Notes: generated by a model from the letters alone, not told the origin. A DNA stretch of 64,000 nt from Vulcanimicrobiota bacterium (GCA_963805945.1 CAWDVP010000003.1:166762-230761); one strand, 5' to 3'. Shown: positions 40,089 through 51,486, numbered from the stretch's first letter. Numbers and translations are program-made.

Positions 40089-42268
40089 GTGAAAAAGCCC
40101 CTGATTATCGTTGAGTCGCCGACGAAGGCAAGGACGATTAAGAAGTTCTTGCCGGCTCGCTACAGTCGTGAAGGCCTCGGTCGGCCACGTACGCGATCTC
40201 CCCAAGAGCACGCTCGGCGTCGACGTCGAGCACGACTTCACGCCCCGCTACCTCACCATCAAAGGCAAGGGCGACGTCATCAAGGAGCTGCAAGAGCGCC
40301 GTCAAAGGCGCGAGCGACGTCTATCTCGCGACCGACCCCGATCGCGAAGGCGAGGCCATCGCGTGGCATCTAGCGGAGCTGCTCAAACTCGCCGAATCCC
40401 GGCGCATCGAACTCCACGAGATCACCAAAGAGCCGCGATGGCGGCGATCAAGCACCCGCACACGATCGATATGGATCGCGTGAACGCGCAGCAGGCGCGC
40501 CGCATCCTCGACCGTCTGGTCGGCTACAAGATCTCGCCCCTGCTGTGGCGCAAGGTCCGCGGCGGCCTGTCGGCCGGCCGCGTGCAGTCGGTCGCGGTGA
40601 AGCTGATCGTCGATCGCGAACGCGAGATCGAGGCGTTCGTACCGCGCGAGTACTGGACCGTCGCGGCGCGTCTGCTGGCCGCACGGCCATCACGATGCCG
40701 ACCACACGCTCATCGCCGACCTCGTCAGCTCGACGGCACGAAGCTCGAAGTTCGACATCCCGACGAAGCCGACGCGCGCCGCCTCGAAGCGCGCCGCGCG
40801 GCGCGAAGTTCTCGGTGGCGAGCGATCAAGACGCGCGAGGTCCGGCGCAATCCGTCCGCGCCGTTCACGACGTAGACCCTGCAGCAGGAGGCGTCGCGCA
40901 GCTGAAGCTGCGCGTGCGCCGCACCATGCAGATCGCGCAGGGCCTGTACGAAGGCATCGACATCGGCGAACGAGGGCACCGCCGGTCTCATCACCTACAT
41001 GCGCACCGACTCGACGCGCATCTCGACCTGGCGAGGCCAGGCGCGCGAGTACATCACGCCGACCTTCGGCGAGCAGTTCCACAGCGGCAAGCGGTCCACA
41101 AGATCCGAGGACGCGCAGGACGCGCACGAAGCGATCCGCCCGACCGACGCGCACCGCACGCCCGAGAAGCTCGAGGGCTATCCTCGATCCGTCGCAGCTC
41201 AAGGTCTACCGGCTCATCTGGGAGCGCTTCATCGCGAGCCAGATGGCGCCCGCGGTGTACGATCAGACCACCGTCGAGATCGAGGCCGGCGGCGTGCGGG
41301 CTCCGTGCGACCGGCACGGTGCTGAAGTTCGCCGGCTACACGAAGATCTACGAGGAGGTCGCCGGACGAGGATCGCGACCGAGCAGGACGAGCGCAAGAA
41401 GCATCTGCCGCCGGTCGACGGAAGGTCAGAAGACGGACTGCGCGAAGCTTCGCGCCGCGCCGCATTCGACCGAGCCGCCGCCGCGCTTCACGGAAGCGTC
41501 GCTGGTGAAGACGCTCGAAGAGAAGGGCGTGGGCCGGCCGAGCACCTATGCGACCATCGTCGACACGATCCAGCGCAACTACACCAAGCTCGAGCAGCGC
41601 CGCTTCGTGCCGCAAGAGATGGGCTTCATCGTCAACGAGATGCTCGCCGAATATTTCTCGGACATCGTGAACGACGCGTTCACCTCCGAGATGGAACGCC
41701 GGCTCGACCGGGTCGAGGAGAAGCACGACAATTGGGTCTCGCTGCTCGCCGACTTCTACGCGCCGTTCGCCAACCGATCTGGCGCGCGCCGAGGAGCATT
41801 TCCCGAAGGTCGAGATCGAAGAGGAAGAGATCGACGACATCTGCCCGGCGTGCGGGCGTCCGATGAAGATCAAGAACGGGCGCTTCGGCAAGTTCATCGC
41901 GTGCACCGGATATCCGGAGTGCAAGACGACGAAGCCGATCATCAAGGACTCCGGCGTGTTGCTGCCCGCGCGACAAGGGCCGGATCTTGGAACGCAAGAG
42001 CCGCAAGGGCCGCATCTTCTTCGGCTGCGAGAACTACCCGGCTTGCGATTTCGTCGCGTGGGATCCGCCGATCGTCGGCTCGGCGTGCAAGGAGTGCGGC
42101 TCATTCCTGGTGCGCAAGTGGGCGCGCAATGGCGGCCGCGTGGTGTGCAGCAACGACGCCCATCACGACCACGGCTTCGAATCGCCGGAAGAGTCCCCGT
42201 CGGGCAACGGCGTCGCATCGGGCCTTGTCATCGAGCCGATTCCCGATGCGGAGAAGCGCTCCGCCTAG
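40089..42268 (+). CDS. topA: DNA topoisomerase I (many frameshifts)
   Basis: IVESPTKA, SVGHVRDL, SAGRVQS, ITYMRTDS, QDAHEAIRPT, GRPSTY, C-terminal Zn ribbons. Confidence 0.93.
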
Positions 42269-42283
42269 AATCCCGCTCTATTC

Positions 42284-42338
42284 CAATGTAGCGGCCGAAC
42301 TTTAGTTCGGCCGACGTAGGGCCCGAGCGAAGCTCGGG
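42284..42338 (+). repeat. REP dimer, copy 1 of a 55-bp direct repeat flanking trmFO
   Basis: CAATGTAGCGGCCGAACTTTAGTTCGGCCGACGTAGGGCCCGAGCGAAGCTCGGG. Confidence 0.85.
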
Positions 42339-42374
42339 TAGGTTCTGCACTCGATCGCACGAAACGCGGCTGAT

Positions 42375-43745
42375 ATGAGCGAACGCGTCATCGTCGTCGG
42401 TGGTGGTCTCGCCGGTTCAGAGGCTGCGTGGCAGCTCGCGCAGGCGGGGGTGCACGTCGACCTCTTCGAGATGCGGCCGCGCGTGCAGACGGGCGCGCAT
42501 CAGACCGGCCATCTCGCCGAGCTGGTGTGCAGCAACTCGCTGCGTGGTGCCGCGCTCGAAAACGCCGTCGGCCTGCTCAAAGAAGAGATGGCGCGCCTCG
42601 GCTCGCTCATCATCGAGGCAGCGCGTTCGACGGCCGTGCCCGCAGGCGGCGCTCTCGCGGTGGATCGCGACGCATTCTCCGCCTATGTCGAACAGCGGCT
42701 TGAAGCGCATCCGCTCATCGACGTGCGCCGCGACGAAGTCACTTCGATCGCAACCGGAACGGGCGCTCCGGTCAACATCGTGGCATGCGGGCCGCTCGCA
42801 TCCGACGCGCTCGCGAAAGAGCTCGCGCGCCTGTGCGGTGCGCCGCAGCTTCACTATTTCGACGCAGCCTCGCCCATCGTCGCGGCCGATTCGATAGACG
42901 TCACGCAGATGTTCCAGGCGTCGCGCTACGGCAAAGGCGACGGCGCGGACTATCTCAACATAGCGCTGGATCAAGCGCAGTACGTGCAACTCGTGCGCGA
43001 TCTCGTCGACGGCGAGAAACACGAGCCGCATGGCTTCGAAATGGATGTGGCGGCGGGAAAGGTGCTGTACTTCGAGGCATGTCTGCCTGTCGAAGAGATG
43101 GCGCGTCGTGGAGAAGATACCCTGCGCTTCGGGCCGCTCAAGCCCGTGGGCCTTACGGATCCGCAGACCGGCAAGCGGCCGTACGCGGTCGTGCAGTTGC
43201 GCCGCGAGAACGCGGCTGGCACCGCGTACAACCTCGTCGGTTTCCAAACCCGGTTGACATGGCCGGCGCAGAAGAACGCGTTTGGCAAGTTGCCCGGGCT
43301 GGCACTGGCGGAGTGGTTACGCCTCGGCGTCATGCATCGCAACACGTTCGTCGATTCGCCGCGAGTGCTGAGCGATGACCTGAGCCTCCGCGCGGCGCCG
43401 AATGTCTTTCTCGCCGGGCAAGTGACCGGCTGTGAGGGCTACGTCGAGGCGGCGGCGACCGGCATCGTCGCGGCGGTCAATGCCGCACGGCGGGTGCGCG
43501 GGGACGAGCGCATCTTCCGGCCGTCCCCGCGGACCGCGATCGGCTCGTTGCTCGCGTACTTGGCGGACGCGACGAGTCACGATTTCCAGCCGCAGAACGT
43601 GACTTTCGCCTATATGGAGCCGCTCGACGCGCCGATCCGTGACAAGAAGGCGCGCCGCCGTGCGCTCGCCGAACGCGCGCTCGCGGAGATCGACGCGCTC
43701 GCCCCCGATTTCCATGCCGCGGTCAATGTAGCGGCCGAACTTTAG
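42375..43745 (+). CDS. trmFO: tRNA (uracil-5)-methyltransferase TrmFO/Gid
   Basis: GGGLAGSEAA, ELVCSNS, FGPLKPVG, GVMHRNT, GYVEAA. Confidence 0.97.
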   Translation: MSERVIVVGGGLAGSEAAWQLAQAGVHVDLFEMRPRVQTGAHQTGHLAELVCSNSLRGAALENAVGLLKEEMARLGSLIIEAARSTAVPAGGALAVDRDAFSAYVEQRLEAHPLIDVRRDEVTSIATGTGAPVNIVACGPLASDALAKELARLCGAPQLHYFDAASPIVAADSIDVTQMFQASRYGKGDGADYLNIALDQAQYVQLVRDLVDGEKHEPHGFEMDVAAGKVLYFEACLPVEEMARRGEDTLRFGPLKPVGLTDPQTGKRPYAVVQLRRENAAGTAYNLVGFQTRLTWPAQKNAFGKLPGLALAEWLRLGVMHRNTFVDSPRVLSDDLSLRAAPNVFLAGQVTGCEGYVEAAATGIVAAVNAARRVRGDERIFRPSPRTAIGSLLAYLADATSHDFQPQNVTFAYMEPLDAPIRDKKARRRALAERALAEIDALAPDFHAAVNVAAEL

Positions 43746-43778
43746 TTCGGCCGATGTAATGCCCGAGCGAAGCTTGGG
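43724..43778 (+). repeat. REP dimer, copy 2 of the direct repeat
   Basis: CAATGTAGCGGCCGAACTTTAGTTCGGCCGATGTAATGCCCGAGCGAAGCTTGGG (4 mismatches to copy 1). Confidence 0.85.
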
Positions 43779-43786
43779 GAGGGACC

Positions 43787-44314
43787 ATGATACGCTCCAC
43801 CACCATCGTCGGCGTCCTGCGCGAGGGCCGCGTCGCCATCGGCGGCGACGGCCAAGTCACGCTGGACAAGGTCGTCATGAAGCACCACGCGCGCAAGGTG
43901 CGCACCGTCGGCGGCGGCAAGGTGCTCGCCGGCTTCGCCGGTTCGGCTGCAGATGGCATCACGCTGCTCGACAAGTTCGAGCAGAAACTGCAAGAGTTCC
44001 GCGGCAACATCACGCGCGCGGCCGTCGAACTCGCGAAGGACTGGCGCCAAGACCGCTACCTGCGCCGGCTTGAGGCGCTGCTTATCGTCGGCGACAACGA
44101 GCATCTCTTCGTGCTTTCTGGCACGGGCGACGTGGTCGAACCAGATGACAATATCGCGGCGATCGGCAGCGGCGGCCCGTACGCACAAGCGGCCGCGCTC
44201 GCGCTCATGAAGAACACCGACATGACGGCGGAGCAGATCGTGCGCGAAGCGCTCACGGTCGCCGGCCGGATCGATATCTACACGAACGACGACATCGCGG
44301 TCGAAACTCTCTGA
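43787..44314 (+). CDS. hslV: ATP-dependent protease subunit HslV
   Basis: [32 protein letters not shown]. Confidence 0.97.
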   Translation: MIRSTTIVGVLREGRVAIGGDGQVTLDKVVMKHHARKVRTVGGGKVLAGFAGSAADGITLLDKFEQKLQEFRGNITRAAVELAKDWRQDRYLRRLEALLIVGDNEHLFVLSGTGDVVEPDDNIAAIGSGGPYAQAAALALMKNTDMTAEQIVREALTVAGRIDIYTNDDIAVETL

Positions 44315-44315
44315 C

Positions 44316-45059
44316 ATGCAGGTCGCGAGCGGAGTGAACGCCGCGGCACTGCCACCGTTTGGCCCGCTGCTCGCGAAGGCATTCGATCGAGCGGTGACGG
44401 TCACGCTCGCCCAATGGCCTTGGTTCATCGGATGCGTCGCCGCATACAGCGCGCTAGAGCGCGTGCCCTATCCATTGAAGCTGTTCCTCCACTTACCGAT
44501 TCTTATCGTCTGGTGGACGGCAGTGTGGATCGGAGTCTTGAAGCAGACACAAACCGATTTTAGGCCTTCGCGCGGCCTCTTGCTGCGGCTAGTAGGCCTA
44601 TATTTCATCCTTTCCGCCATCGGTCTCTTCGGCCCCGCAATAATCGGTCTCGTCGGCGGCCTCGTGCTTCTGCTCCCCGTGCTCTATATCGGAACCCGAC
44701 TATGGGTTGCGCCGGCGGCGATCGCCTTGGAGCACAAGCGAGTGGGTCAAGAAATCGTACGGTCGTGGGAGCTCACCAAGCGCGCTTTCTGGAGGACGTT
44801 TGCCTTCGTCGGCTTTATCTTCCTGAGCGAGCTCATACTGTTTTTCGGACGCGACGTCGCGATAATGGGAGCACGCTATCTGGCTCTGGCGCCATGGTAC
44901 CACGCGGTTCTAGACACGACGCTTCGAGCCGGGGGAAATGGGTTTTACCTTCTCATCGATGCCGCCGAGATCGTATGCATTTTCTATTGGTATCCCGCAC
45001 TTGTCGCGTTGCCTGACAATCAACCTCTCAAGCGAGAATCCGAAACCGGTATGGTATGA
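44316..45059 (+). CDS. Hypothetical multi-pass membrane protein (lower GC)
   Basis: About 6 hydrophobic segments; RSWELTK..FWR motif. Confidence 0.7.
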   Translation: MQVASGVNAAALPPFGPLLAKAFDRAVTVTLAQWPWFIGCVAAYSALERVPYPLKLFLHLPILIVWWTAVWIGVLKQTQTDFRPSRGLLLRLVGLYFILSAIGLFGPAIIGLVGGLVLLLPVLYIGTRLWVAPAAIALEHKRVGQEIVRSWELTKRAFWRTFAFVGFIFLSELILFFGRDVAIMGARYLALAPWYHAVLDTTLRAGGNGFYLLIDAAEIVCIFYWYPALVALPDNQPLKRESETGMV

Positions 45060-45586
45060 AAGAACTCGAGCGGGTCCTTCATTCCGAGAGGCTGGATCTG
45101 GAGCCGCTGCTGCCTGAGCACGCGCCGAAGCTGTTTGAGCAGTTGCAAGATCCGCGCATCTACATCTACGAGCCGCAGCGTCCGCCGGTCAACGTGTCCG
45201 AGTTCGAGACGCGCCTCGAACGGCTGGCCACACGGCTCTCGCCCGATGGGCACCAGACATGGCTCAACTGGGCTGTGCGCCTGCGTGCGGGCGAATACGT
45301 GGGCATCGTGCAGGCGACGGTGTCCGGCCGGAGCGCCGTCATCGGCTACAATTTCTTCCCGCCGCACTGGGGACGAGGCTATGCGCGCGAAGCGTGCCGA
45401 GAGATGGTGCGCTTCTTGAACGTGGAGCTCGCGGTGCACAAACTCGAAGCGTTCGTCGACACGGAGAACCATAGATCGACACGGCTGCTTGAGGCGATCG
45501 GGTTCACCCGCGTGTGGACGGGTCCGTGCGAAGAGATGCCGGGGCGGACGGACTACCGATACGAGCTACAAGCAACGGTCGGATGA
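45056..45586 (+). CDS. RimJ/RimL-family GNAT N-acetyltransferase
   Basis: SERLDLEP, HWGRGYA, NHRSTRLLEAIGF. Confidence 0.9.
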   Translation: MKELERVLHSERLDLEPLLPEHAPKLFEQLQDPRIYIYEPQRPPVNVSEFETRLERLATRLSPDGHQTWLNWAVRLRAGEYVGIVQATVSGRSAVIGYNFFPPHWGRGYAREACREMVRFLNVELAVHKLEAFVDTENHRSTRLLEAIGFTRVWTGPCEEMPGRTDYRYELQATVG

Positions 45587-45606
45587 ATTCGACCGCTCCA
45601 TAGCCC

Positions 45607-47021
45607 TTAGACTTCGGCGACGTCCGCCGCGAGTTCCGACACCGACGCCTTGGCATCGCCGAACAGCATCATGCACTTCGGATTCTCGTACAGCGGGTTG
45701 TCGATGCCCGCGAAGCCCGGGTTCATGCTGCGTTTGAGCACGACGATGTTCTTGGCCTTGTCGACGTCGAGGATCGGCATGCCGTAGATCGGGCTGCTCG
45801 CCACGTTGCGCGCCGCCGGGTTGGTGACGTCGTTGGCGCCGATGACGAGCGCGACGTCCGCGCTCGCGAAACTCGCGGGTTGATCTCGTCCATCTCGTGC
45901 AGCTGGTCGTACGGCACGTTAGCTTCGGCAAGCAGCACGTTCATGTGTCCCGGCATGCGCCCCGCCACCGGATGGATGGCGAACTTCACGTCGACGCCGC
46001 GCTTCTCGAGCGTTCGACGCCAGTTCGCGCACCGCGTGCTGCGCCTGCGCGACCGCCATGCCGTAGCCGGGCACGATGATGACGCTGCGCGAGTACGCGA
46101 GCATCGTCGCGACGTCTTCGGCGCTCGCTGAACGGACCGCGCCACCGCCTGCGGCCGCCGCGGCTTCGCCGCCTGCGCCGGCTTTCGGGGCTGCGCCGAA
46201 CGCGCCGAACAAGACGTTGCCGAGCGAGCGGTTCATCGCGCGTCGCCCATCGAGCGTCGTCAGCAGCGTGCCTGACGCGCCGACGAGCGTGCCGCTGATG
46301 ATCGAGCACCGTGCTGTCGAGCGCGAAGCCGGTGACCGCGGCCGCCACGCCGGTGAACGAGTTGAGCAGCGAGATGACGACCGGCATGTCGGCGCCGCCG
46401 ATGGGCAGCACGCCGAGCACGCCGAGCAGCAGCGCCGCGACGATGATGCCGCCGAACGCCGCGAGCGAGACGTTGCCCGCGAGCATGTAGCCGGAGAGTC
46501 CGAGGATCGCGAGCAGCACGAAGCCGTTGACGAACTGCTGCCCGGTATAGGTGACGGGCCGGCCCGTCATCAGTTCCTGCAGCTTGGCGAAAGCGACGAG
46601 ACTGCCGGAGAAGCTGACCGAGCCGATGATCGAGCTGAGGATGATCGGCAGCAGCTGATCCCATGTGGGCGTGCCGCCGGCGTATCGTGAGTTTCAGAAA
46701 CTCGCCGGCAGAGACGAGCGCCGCCGCGCCGCCGCCCGCGCCGTTGAAGAGCGCGACCATCTGCGGCATCGCCGTCATCTTGACCATGCGTGCCGAGACC
46801 AGGCCGATAGGCACGCCGATGACCGCGCCGATGATGATATCGGTCCAGCTCACGATGCCCGAGTCGAAGCCGGTCGCGACGACCGCGATCGTCATGCCGG
46901 CCATCGCCAGGATATTGCCGATGCGCGCGCTGCGCGGCGAGCTTAGGAACTTGAGCCCGAGGATGAAGAGGACCGCCGTGATGAGGTAGACGACGGACAG
47001 GACGATATGCTGCGCCGTCAT
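45607..47021 (-). CDS. pntB: NAD(P) transhydrogenase beta subunit (frameshifts)
   Basis: [50 protein letters not shown]. Confidence 0.93.
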
Positions 47022-47317
47022 CGCGGGCGGTTCTCCGTTCTGCCTTTGAACATCTCGAGCATGCGCTCGGTCACGGTGAAGCCGCCGACCACGTTGATCG
47101 CGGCCAAGACCATGGCCGCGATGCCGATCGCATGGCCGATCGCGCCGCCGATCGCCGCACCGGCCACGAGCATGGCGCCGACGACGATGATGCCGTGGAT
47201 CGCATTGGTCGCCGACATGAGCGGCGTGTGGAGCATCGACGGCACCTTCGAGATGACCTCGAAGCCGACGAAGACCGCCAGCACGAAGACCGTGAACTGG
47301 ATGAGGAAATGTTCCAT
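47018..47317 (-). CDS. pntA: NAD(P) transhydrogenase alpha subunit, part 2
   Basis: LHTPLMSATNAI, NVVGGF.VT.RML. Confidence 0.95.
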   Translation of the reverse strand: MEHFLIQFTVFVLAVFVGFEVISKVPSMLHTPLMSATNAIHGIIVVGAMLVAGAAIGGAIGHAIGIAAMVLAAINVVGGFTVTERMLEMFKGRTENRPR

Positions 47318-48453
47318 CAGGCCCCAACTCCTTGCAGGCGCGATCGGACGGCTTCATTGATGATCTCGCCATCGCGGGTCACGCACACGCCCTTGGTGAT
47401 GGCGTCGTCCATGTCCAATTTCAGCGAACCGCTCGGCACGAGGTGCGTGAAGAGCGCGAGCACGTTCTTGGCGTAGAGCATGCTAGCGTGCTGCGGCATG
47501 GTGCTCGGCAGGTTGAGCGGCGCGGCGATGGTGACGCCCTGCTTGATGACGGTCGAGCCCGGCTCGGACAGCTCGCAGTTGCCGCCGGCCTCGGCGGCAA
47601 GATCGACGATGACGCTGCCCGGCCGCATATTCTGCACGGCTGCGGCGGTGATGAGCTTCGGCGCGGGCCTGCCGGGTATCAAGGCGGTGGTGATGATCAC
47701 GTCCATGTTTGCGGCGGTGGTGGCGATGAGCTCCTGATCGCGGCGCTGCTGATCGGCGGCGAGCTCCTTGGCGTAGCCGCCCGAACCTTCCGCGTCTTGC
47801 GGCGGCGACCCGAGAAAGGTCGCGCCCAGACTTTCGACCTGTTCTTTGACGACCGCGCGCACGTCGAAGCCTGTGACCACCGCGCCGAGCCGGCGGGCGG
47901 TGGCGATCGCCTGCAGGCCGGCGACGCCGGCGCCCAGCACGAGCACCTTCGCGGGCGGCACGGTGCCCGCAGCGGTCATGAGCATCGGGAAGAATTTCGG
48001 CAGCGCGTCGGCGGCGAGCAGCACCGCTTTGTAGCCCGAGACCGTCGCTTGCGATGACAGCGCGTCCATGCTCTGCGCGCGCGAGATGCGCGGGATGAGC
48101 TCCATCGCGAACGAGGTGATCTTGCGTTCGTCGAGCTTGTTCGCGTATTCCGGACTGGACAGCGGCTGCAGGAACGCGATCAACGCCGAGCCTTGGGGCA
48201 GCAGGGAGAGCTCGTCGTCGAGTGGGCGTTGCACCTTGGCCGTCAGTTCGGCGCTGCGCAGCGCCTCGGCAGCAGAGGCAGCGACGGTGGCACCCGCGGC
48301 CTGGTAGTCGGCATCGCGGAAGCCGGCTTGGTCGCCGGCGCCGCTTTGCACCGCGACGGCGTTGCCCGCTTTGACGATCCTCGCTGCGACGTCAGGGGTG
48401 AGCGCGACGCGGTGCTCGCCCGGCGTCATCTCTTTTGGCACGGCGACGTTCAA
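47317..48453 (-). CDS. pntA: NAD(P) transhydrogenase alpha subunit, part 1
   Basis: RAQSMDALSSQ, GAGVAGLQA, GGYAKE, TTALIPG. Confidence 0.96.
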   Translation of the reverse strand: MNVAVPKEMTPGEHRVALTPDVAARIVKAGNAVAVQSGAGDQAGFRDADYQAAGATVAASAAEALRSAELTAKVQRPLDDELSLLPQGSALIAFLQPLSSPEYANKLDERKITSFAMELIPRISRAQSMDALSSQATVSGYKAVLLAADALPKFFPMLMTAAGTVPPAKVLVLGAGVAGLQAIATARRLGAVVTGFDVRAVVKEQVESLGATFLGSPPQDAEGSGGYAKELAADQQRRDQELIATTAANMDVIITTALIPGRPAPKLITAAAVQNMRPGSVIVDLAAEAGGNCELSEPGSTVIKQGVTIAAPLNLPSTMPQHASMLYAKNVLALFTHLVPSGSLKLDMDDAITKGVCVTRDGEIINEAVRSRLQGVGA

Positions 48454-48614
48454 GTCCAGAACTCCTCAAGACCGCATTGAGCAGGGCGACCGCTAAGCCG
48501 CCCCTCCTGGAAAATGTGATTCCCGCGCACCGTCGTTTCACCCTGTTCTCACCTGTTCCTCAAGCATTCCGAAGGCGACCGCTCCTACAATGGATGTGGA
48601 GGCCATGATTGGAA

Positions 48615-49490
48615 ATGATGAAGCCCATGCTCGCAGTGTCGGTCGCCGCGCTCAGCGCCGTCTGTTTGGCCATGGCGCCGCAGGACGCCCGCGCCGGCGA
48701 TCCATGCGGTGATTCGTGCGATCTCGCCACCCACATGGCGGCGATGCACGGCGGCATGACCGTCGCGATGGATACGATGCCCGGGATGTCCGGCATGGGC
48801 AGCCCCGCTCCGGCGGCGTCCCCGCAGCCGCAACCGGCCGGCGCGCCGCGCAGCGCGTCCGCCGACGCCATGCTCCAGACGATGAACGACACGCACATGG
48901 CGCACGGGCCGCACATGCAGATGACCATGGGCCGCACCGCGACGGCGCAGGACAAGCAGCGGTCGGACGAGATCCTCGCATCGCTGCGCGCGATGATCGA
49001 GCCCTACAAGGACTATCGCGTCGCCGAAGCTGCCGGATACCAGCCGTTCCTAGTTCAGGTCCCGCAAGAGATGTACCACTTCACCAACTACGCGAACGCG
49101 TACGCGAACGAATTCTCGTTCGATCCGGCGCGGCCGACGTCGCTGATGTACAAGCGCGTCGCCGGCGGCTACGAGCTCGTCGGTGCGATGTACACCGCGC
49201 CTGCGCGATCGACGGACGAGCAGCTCAATGCGCGCGTGCCGCTCAGCATCGCTACCTGGCATCTGCATACCAACCTGTGTCTGCCGCCGGCGGGCGACCA
49301 GAGCAAGATGTGGGGGCCAACCGCGCGCTTCGGCCTGCAAGGGTCCATCACGACCGCGGCGGAGTGTCAGCAGGCCGGCGGCACGTTCAAGCCCGTCATC
49401 TACAACTGGATGGTGCACGTGTGGCCGCTGGAGACCGATCCCAGCAAGGTCTGGGCGAGCGAAGAGCATCCCGGAGCGATGAACCACTAG
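48615..49490 (+). CDS. Secreted Met/His-rich hypothetical protein
   Basis: Signal peptide; THMAAMHGGM, THMAHGPHM, WHLHTNLC, WMVHVW; TACAAT and GGAGG upstream. Confidence 0.8.
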   Translation: MMKPMLAVSVAALSAVCLAMAPQDARAGDPCGDSCDLATHMAAMHGGMTVAMDTMPGMSGMGSPAPAASPQPQPAGAPRSASADAMLQTMNDTHMAHGPHMQMTMGRTATAQDKQRSDEILASLRAMIEPYKDYRVAEAAGYQPFLVQVPQEMYHFTNYANAYANEFSFDPARPTSLMYKRVAGGYELVGAMYTAPARSTDEQLNARVPLSIATWHLHTNLCLPPAGDQSKMWGPTARFGLQGSITTAAECQQAGGTFKPVIYNWMVHVWPLETDPSKVWASEEHPGAMNH

Positions 49491-49545
49491 CCGTTCGCGC
49501 AGGCACAAAGGAACGTGCAGAGCCGCTTCGTAAGATGTTGCGCCC

Positions 49546-50958
49546 ATGGACCCGCAAGCACTCACGCCGACGCGCATCGTCACCGAACTTGACCGCTACA
49601 TCGTCGGCCAGGCGAACGCCAAACGCGCCGTCGCCATCGCGCTGCGCAACCGCTACCGGCGCGGGCAGCTCGTCGGCGAGATACGCGACGAGGTCATCCC
49701 GAAGAACATCCTCATGATCGGGCCGACCGGCGTCGGCAAGACCGAGATCGCGCGCCGGCTCGCCAACCTCGTCGGCGCGCCGTTCCTCAAAGTGGAAGCA
49801 ACCAAGTACACCGAGGTCGGCTACGTCGGACGCGACGTCGAATCGATGGTCCGCGATCTCGTCGAGGCCTCCATCCGCACGGTGCGTGCCGAGCGCATCG
49901 AAGAGACGCGCGCCGCGGCGTTCGAAGCGGCCATCGATCGCTTGGCCGATCTCATCGATCCCTCCACCCGCGCCGCGGCGAGCGACTCGACGCCGTTTTC
50001 CGCGCTGTCGGCCATGCTCAGCGGACAGGGCGCGGGCGCGCGCAGCATTCCGGATGCGCCGCAGCCGACCCGCAACGAAGAATTGGAGACGCGCCGCCAG
50101 CGCGTCAGGCAGGAGCTGCGCGACGGCTTCTACGACGTCCGCATCATCGAGATCGACATCGAAGAGCCGCAGACGGTGCTCACCTTCGGCGGACCGCAGA
50201 TGGAGGAGATGGGCGGCAACATGAACGATCTGCTCGGCTCGATGCTGCCGAAGAAGCGCTCAAAACGGCGCGTCACGGTAGCCGAGGCGAAGCAGATCTT
50301 CACCCAGGAAGAGGCGGCCAAGCTCATCGACAACGATTCGCTCAAGCGCGAGGCGGTGCGCCGCGCGGAGGAAGACGGCATCATCTTCATCGACGAGATG
50401 GACAAGATCGCCGGATCGAGGGGCCAGGGCGGCGGTCCCGACGTCTCGCGCGAAGGCGTGCAGCGCGACATCCTGCCCATCGTCGAGGGCTCGACCGTCA
50501 TGACCAAGTATGGACCTGTGAAGACCGACCACGTGCTGTTCGTCGGCGCCGGCGCCTTCCACATCAGCAAACCGAGCGATCTCATCCCCGAGCTGCAGGG
50601 ACGCTTCCCCATCCGCGTCGAGCTGGACAGCCTGAGCAAGGACGACTTCAAGACGATCCTCACGCAGCCGAGGAACGCGCTCATCGAGCAGTACCGGCAG
50701 CTCCTCGCCACTGACGGCGTCACGCTAACGTTCACCGACGACGGCATCGACGCGATCGCGCGCCTCGCCACGCTGGTGAACGAACAGACCGAGAACATCG
50801 GCGCGCGGCGCCTCCACACCATGCTCGAAAAAGTGCTCGAAGGCGTCAGCTACGAATCGCCGGAGCGCGGCGGCACGGTCGTCGTCGACATGGCGTACGT
50901 GGAGGAGCGGCTCGCCGACATCGTCAAAGACCAAGACCTGTCACAGTACATCCTTTGA
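49546..50958 (+). CDS. hslU: ATP-dependent protease ATPase HslU
   Basis: [34 protein letters not shown]-terminal YIL. Confidence 0.98.
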   Translation: MDPQALTPTRIVTELDRYIVGQANAKRAVAIALRNRYRRGQLVGEIRDEVIPKNILMIGPTGVGKTEIARRLANLVGAPFLKVEATKYTEVGYVGRDVESMVRDLVEASIRTVRAERIEETRAAAFEAAIDRLADLIDPSTRAAASDSTPFSALSAMLSGQGAGARSIPDAPQPTRNEELETRRQRVRQELRDGFYDVRIIEIDIEEPQTVLTFGGPQMEEMGGNMNDLLGSMLPKKRSKRRVTVAEAKQIFTQEEAAKLIDNDSLKREAVRRAEEDGIIFIDEMDKIAGSRGQGGGPDVSREGVQRDILPIVEGSTVMTKYGPVKTDHVLFVGAGAFHISKPSDLIPELQGRFPIRVELDSLSKDDFKTILTQPRNALIEQYRQLLATDGVTLTFTDDGIDAIARLATLVNEQTENIGARRLHTMLEKVLEGVSYESPERGGTVVVDMAYVEERLADIVKDQDLSQYIL

Positions 50959-51479
50959 TGGCATACGTCAGGCGCATCCACACCGAGCCGGATCCCGTGC
51001 TGCGCAAAGTGGCGAAGAAGGTCACCGCGCTCGAGTTGAAGCTGCCGCTCACGCAACAGCTCATCGACGACATGTTCGCGACGATGCGGGCCGCGCCGGG
51101 CATCGGACTCGCCGCGCCGCAGATCGGCGTCGGCAAGCGCGTCATCGTGGTGCATCTCTCCGACGACGAGACGTCCTACGCCGTCATCAATCCCGTGCTC
51201 AGCGATTTCGAGGGCGAAATCGAGGGCATCGAAGGCTGTCTCTCGGTTCCCGGCATCGTCGGCGACGTCAAGCGCGCCGAGTCGTGCACGGTGGCCGGTT
51301 TGGATCGTGACGGCAAGAAGTTCAAGCTGCGCGCGCAAGGCTGGCTCGCGCGCTGTTTCCAGCATGAGGTCGACCATCTCGACGGCGTGCTCATCCTCGA
51401 CAAGGCGACCAACCTGCGCGAGGCGATCGCCGTCGAGGCAGCCGAACAAGAAGAAGAAGAGGCGCTTCGCAACGTCTGA
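50958..51479 (+). CDS. def: Peptide deformylase
   Basis: GIGLAAPQ, EGCLS, QHEVDHL. Confidence 0.97.
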   Translation: MAYVRRIHTEPDPVLRKVAKKVTALELKLPLTQQLIDDMFATMRAAPGIGLAAPQIGVGKRVIVVHLSDDETSYAVINPVLSDFEGEIEGIEGCLSVPGIVGDVKRAESCTVAGLDRDGKKFKLRAQGWLARCFQHEVDHLDGVLILDKATNLREAIAVEAAEQEEEEALRNV

Positions 51480-51486
51480 CCGGCCC

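Noticed and set aside
37163..42268. oppD, oppF and topA as pseudogenes or programmed frameshift genes
   Set aside because: Indels are numerous, clustered, hit essential genes and show no slippery-site pattern; best explained by low-coverage long-read consensus errors
48511..48532. CRP/Rex-like site (TGTGA) upstream of the pnt operon
   Set aside because: Only one half-site matches
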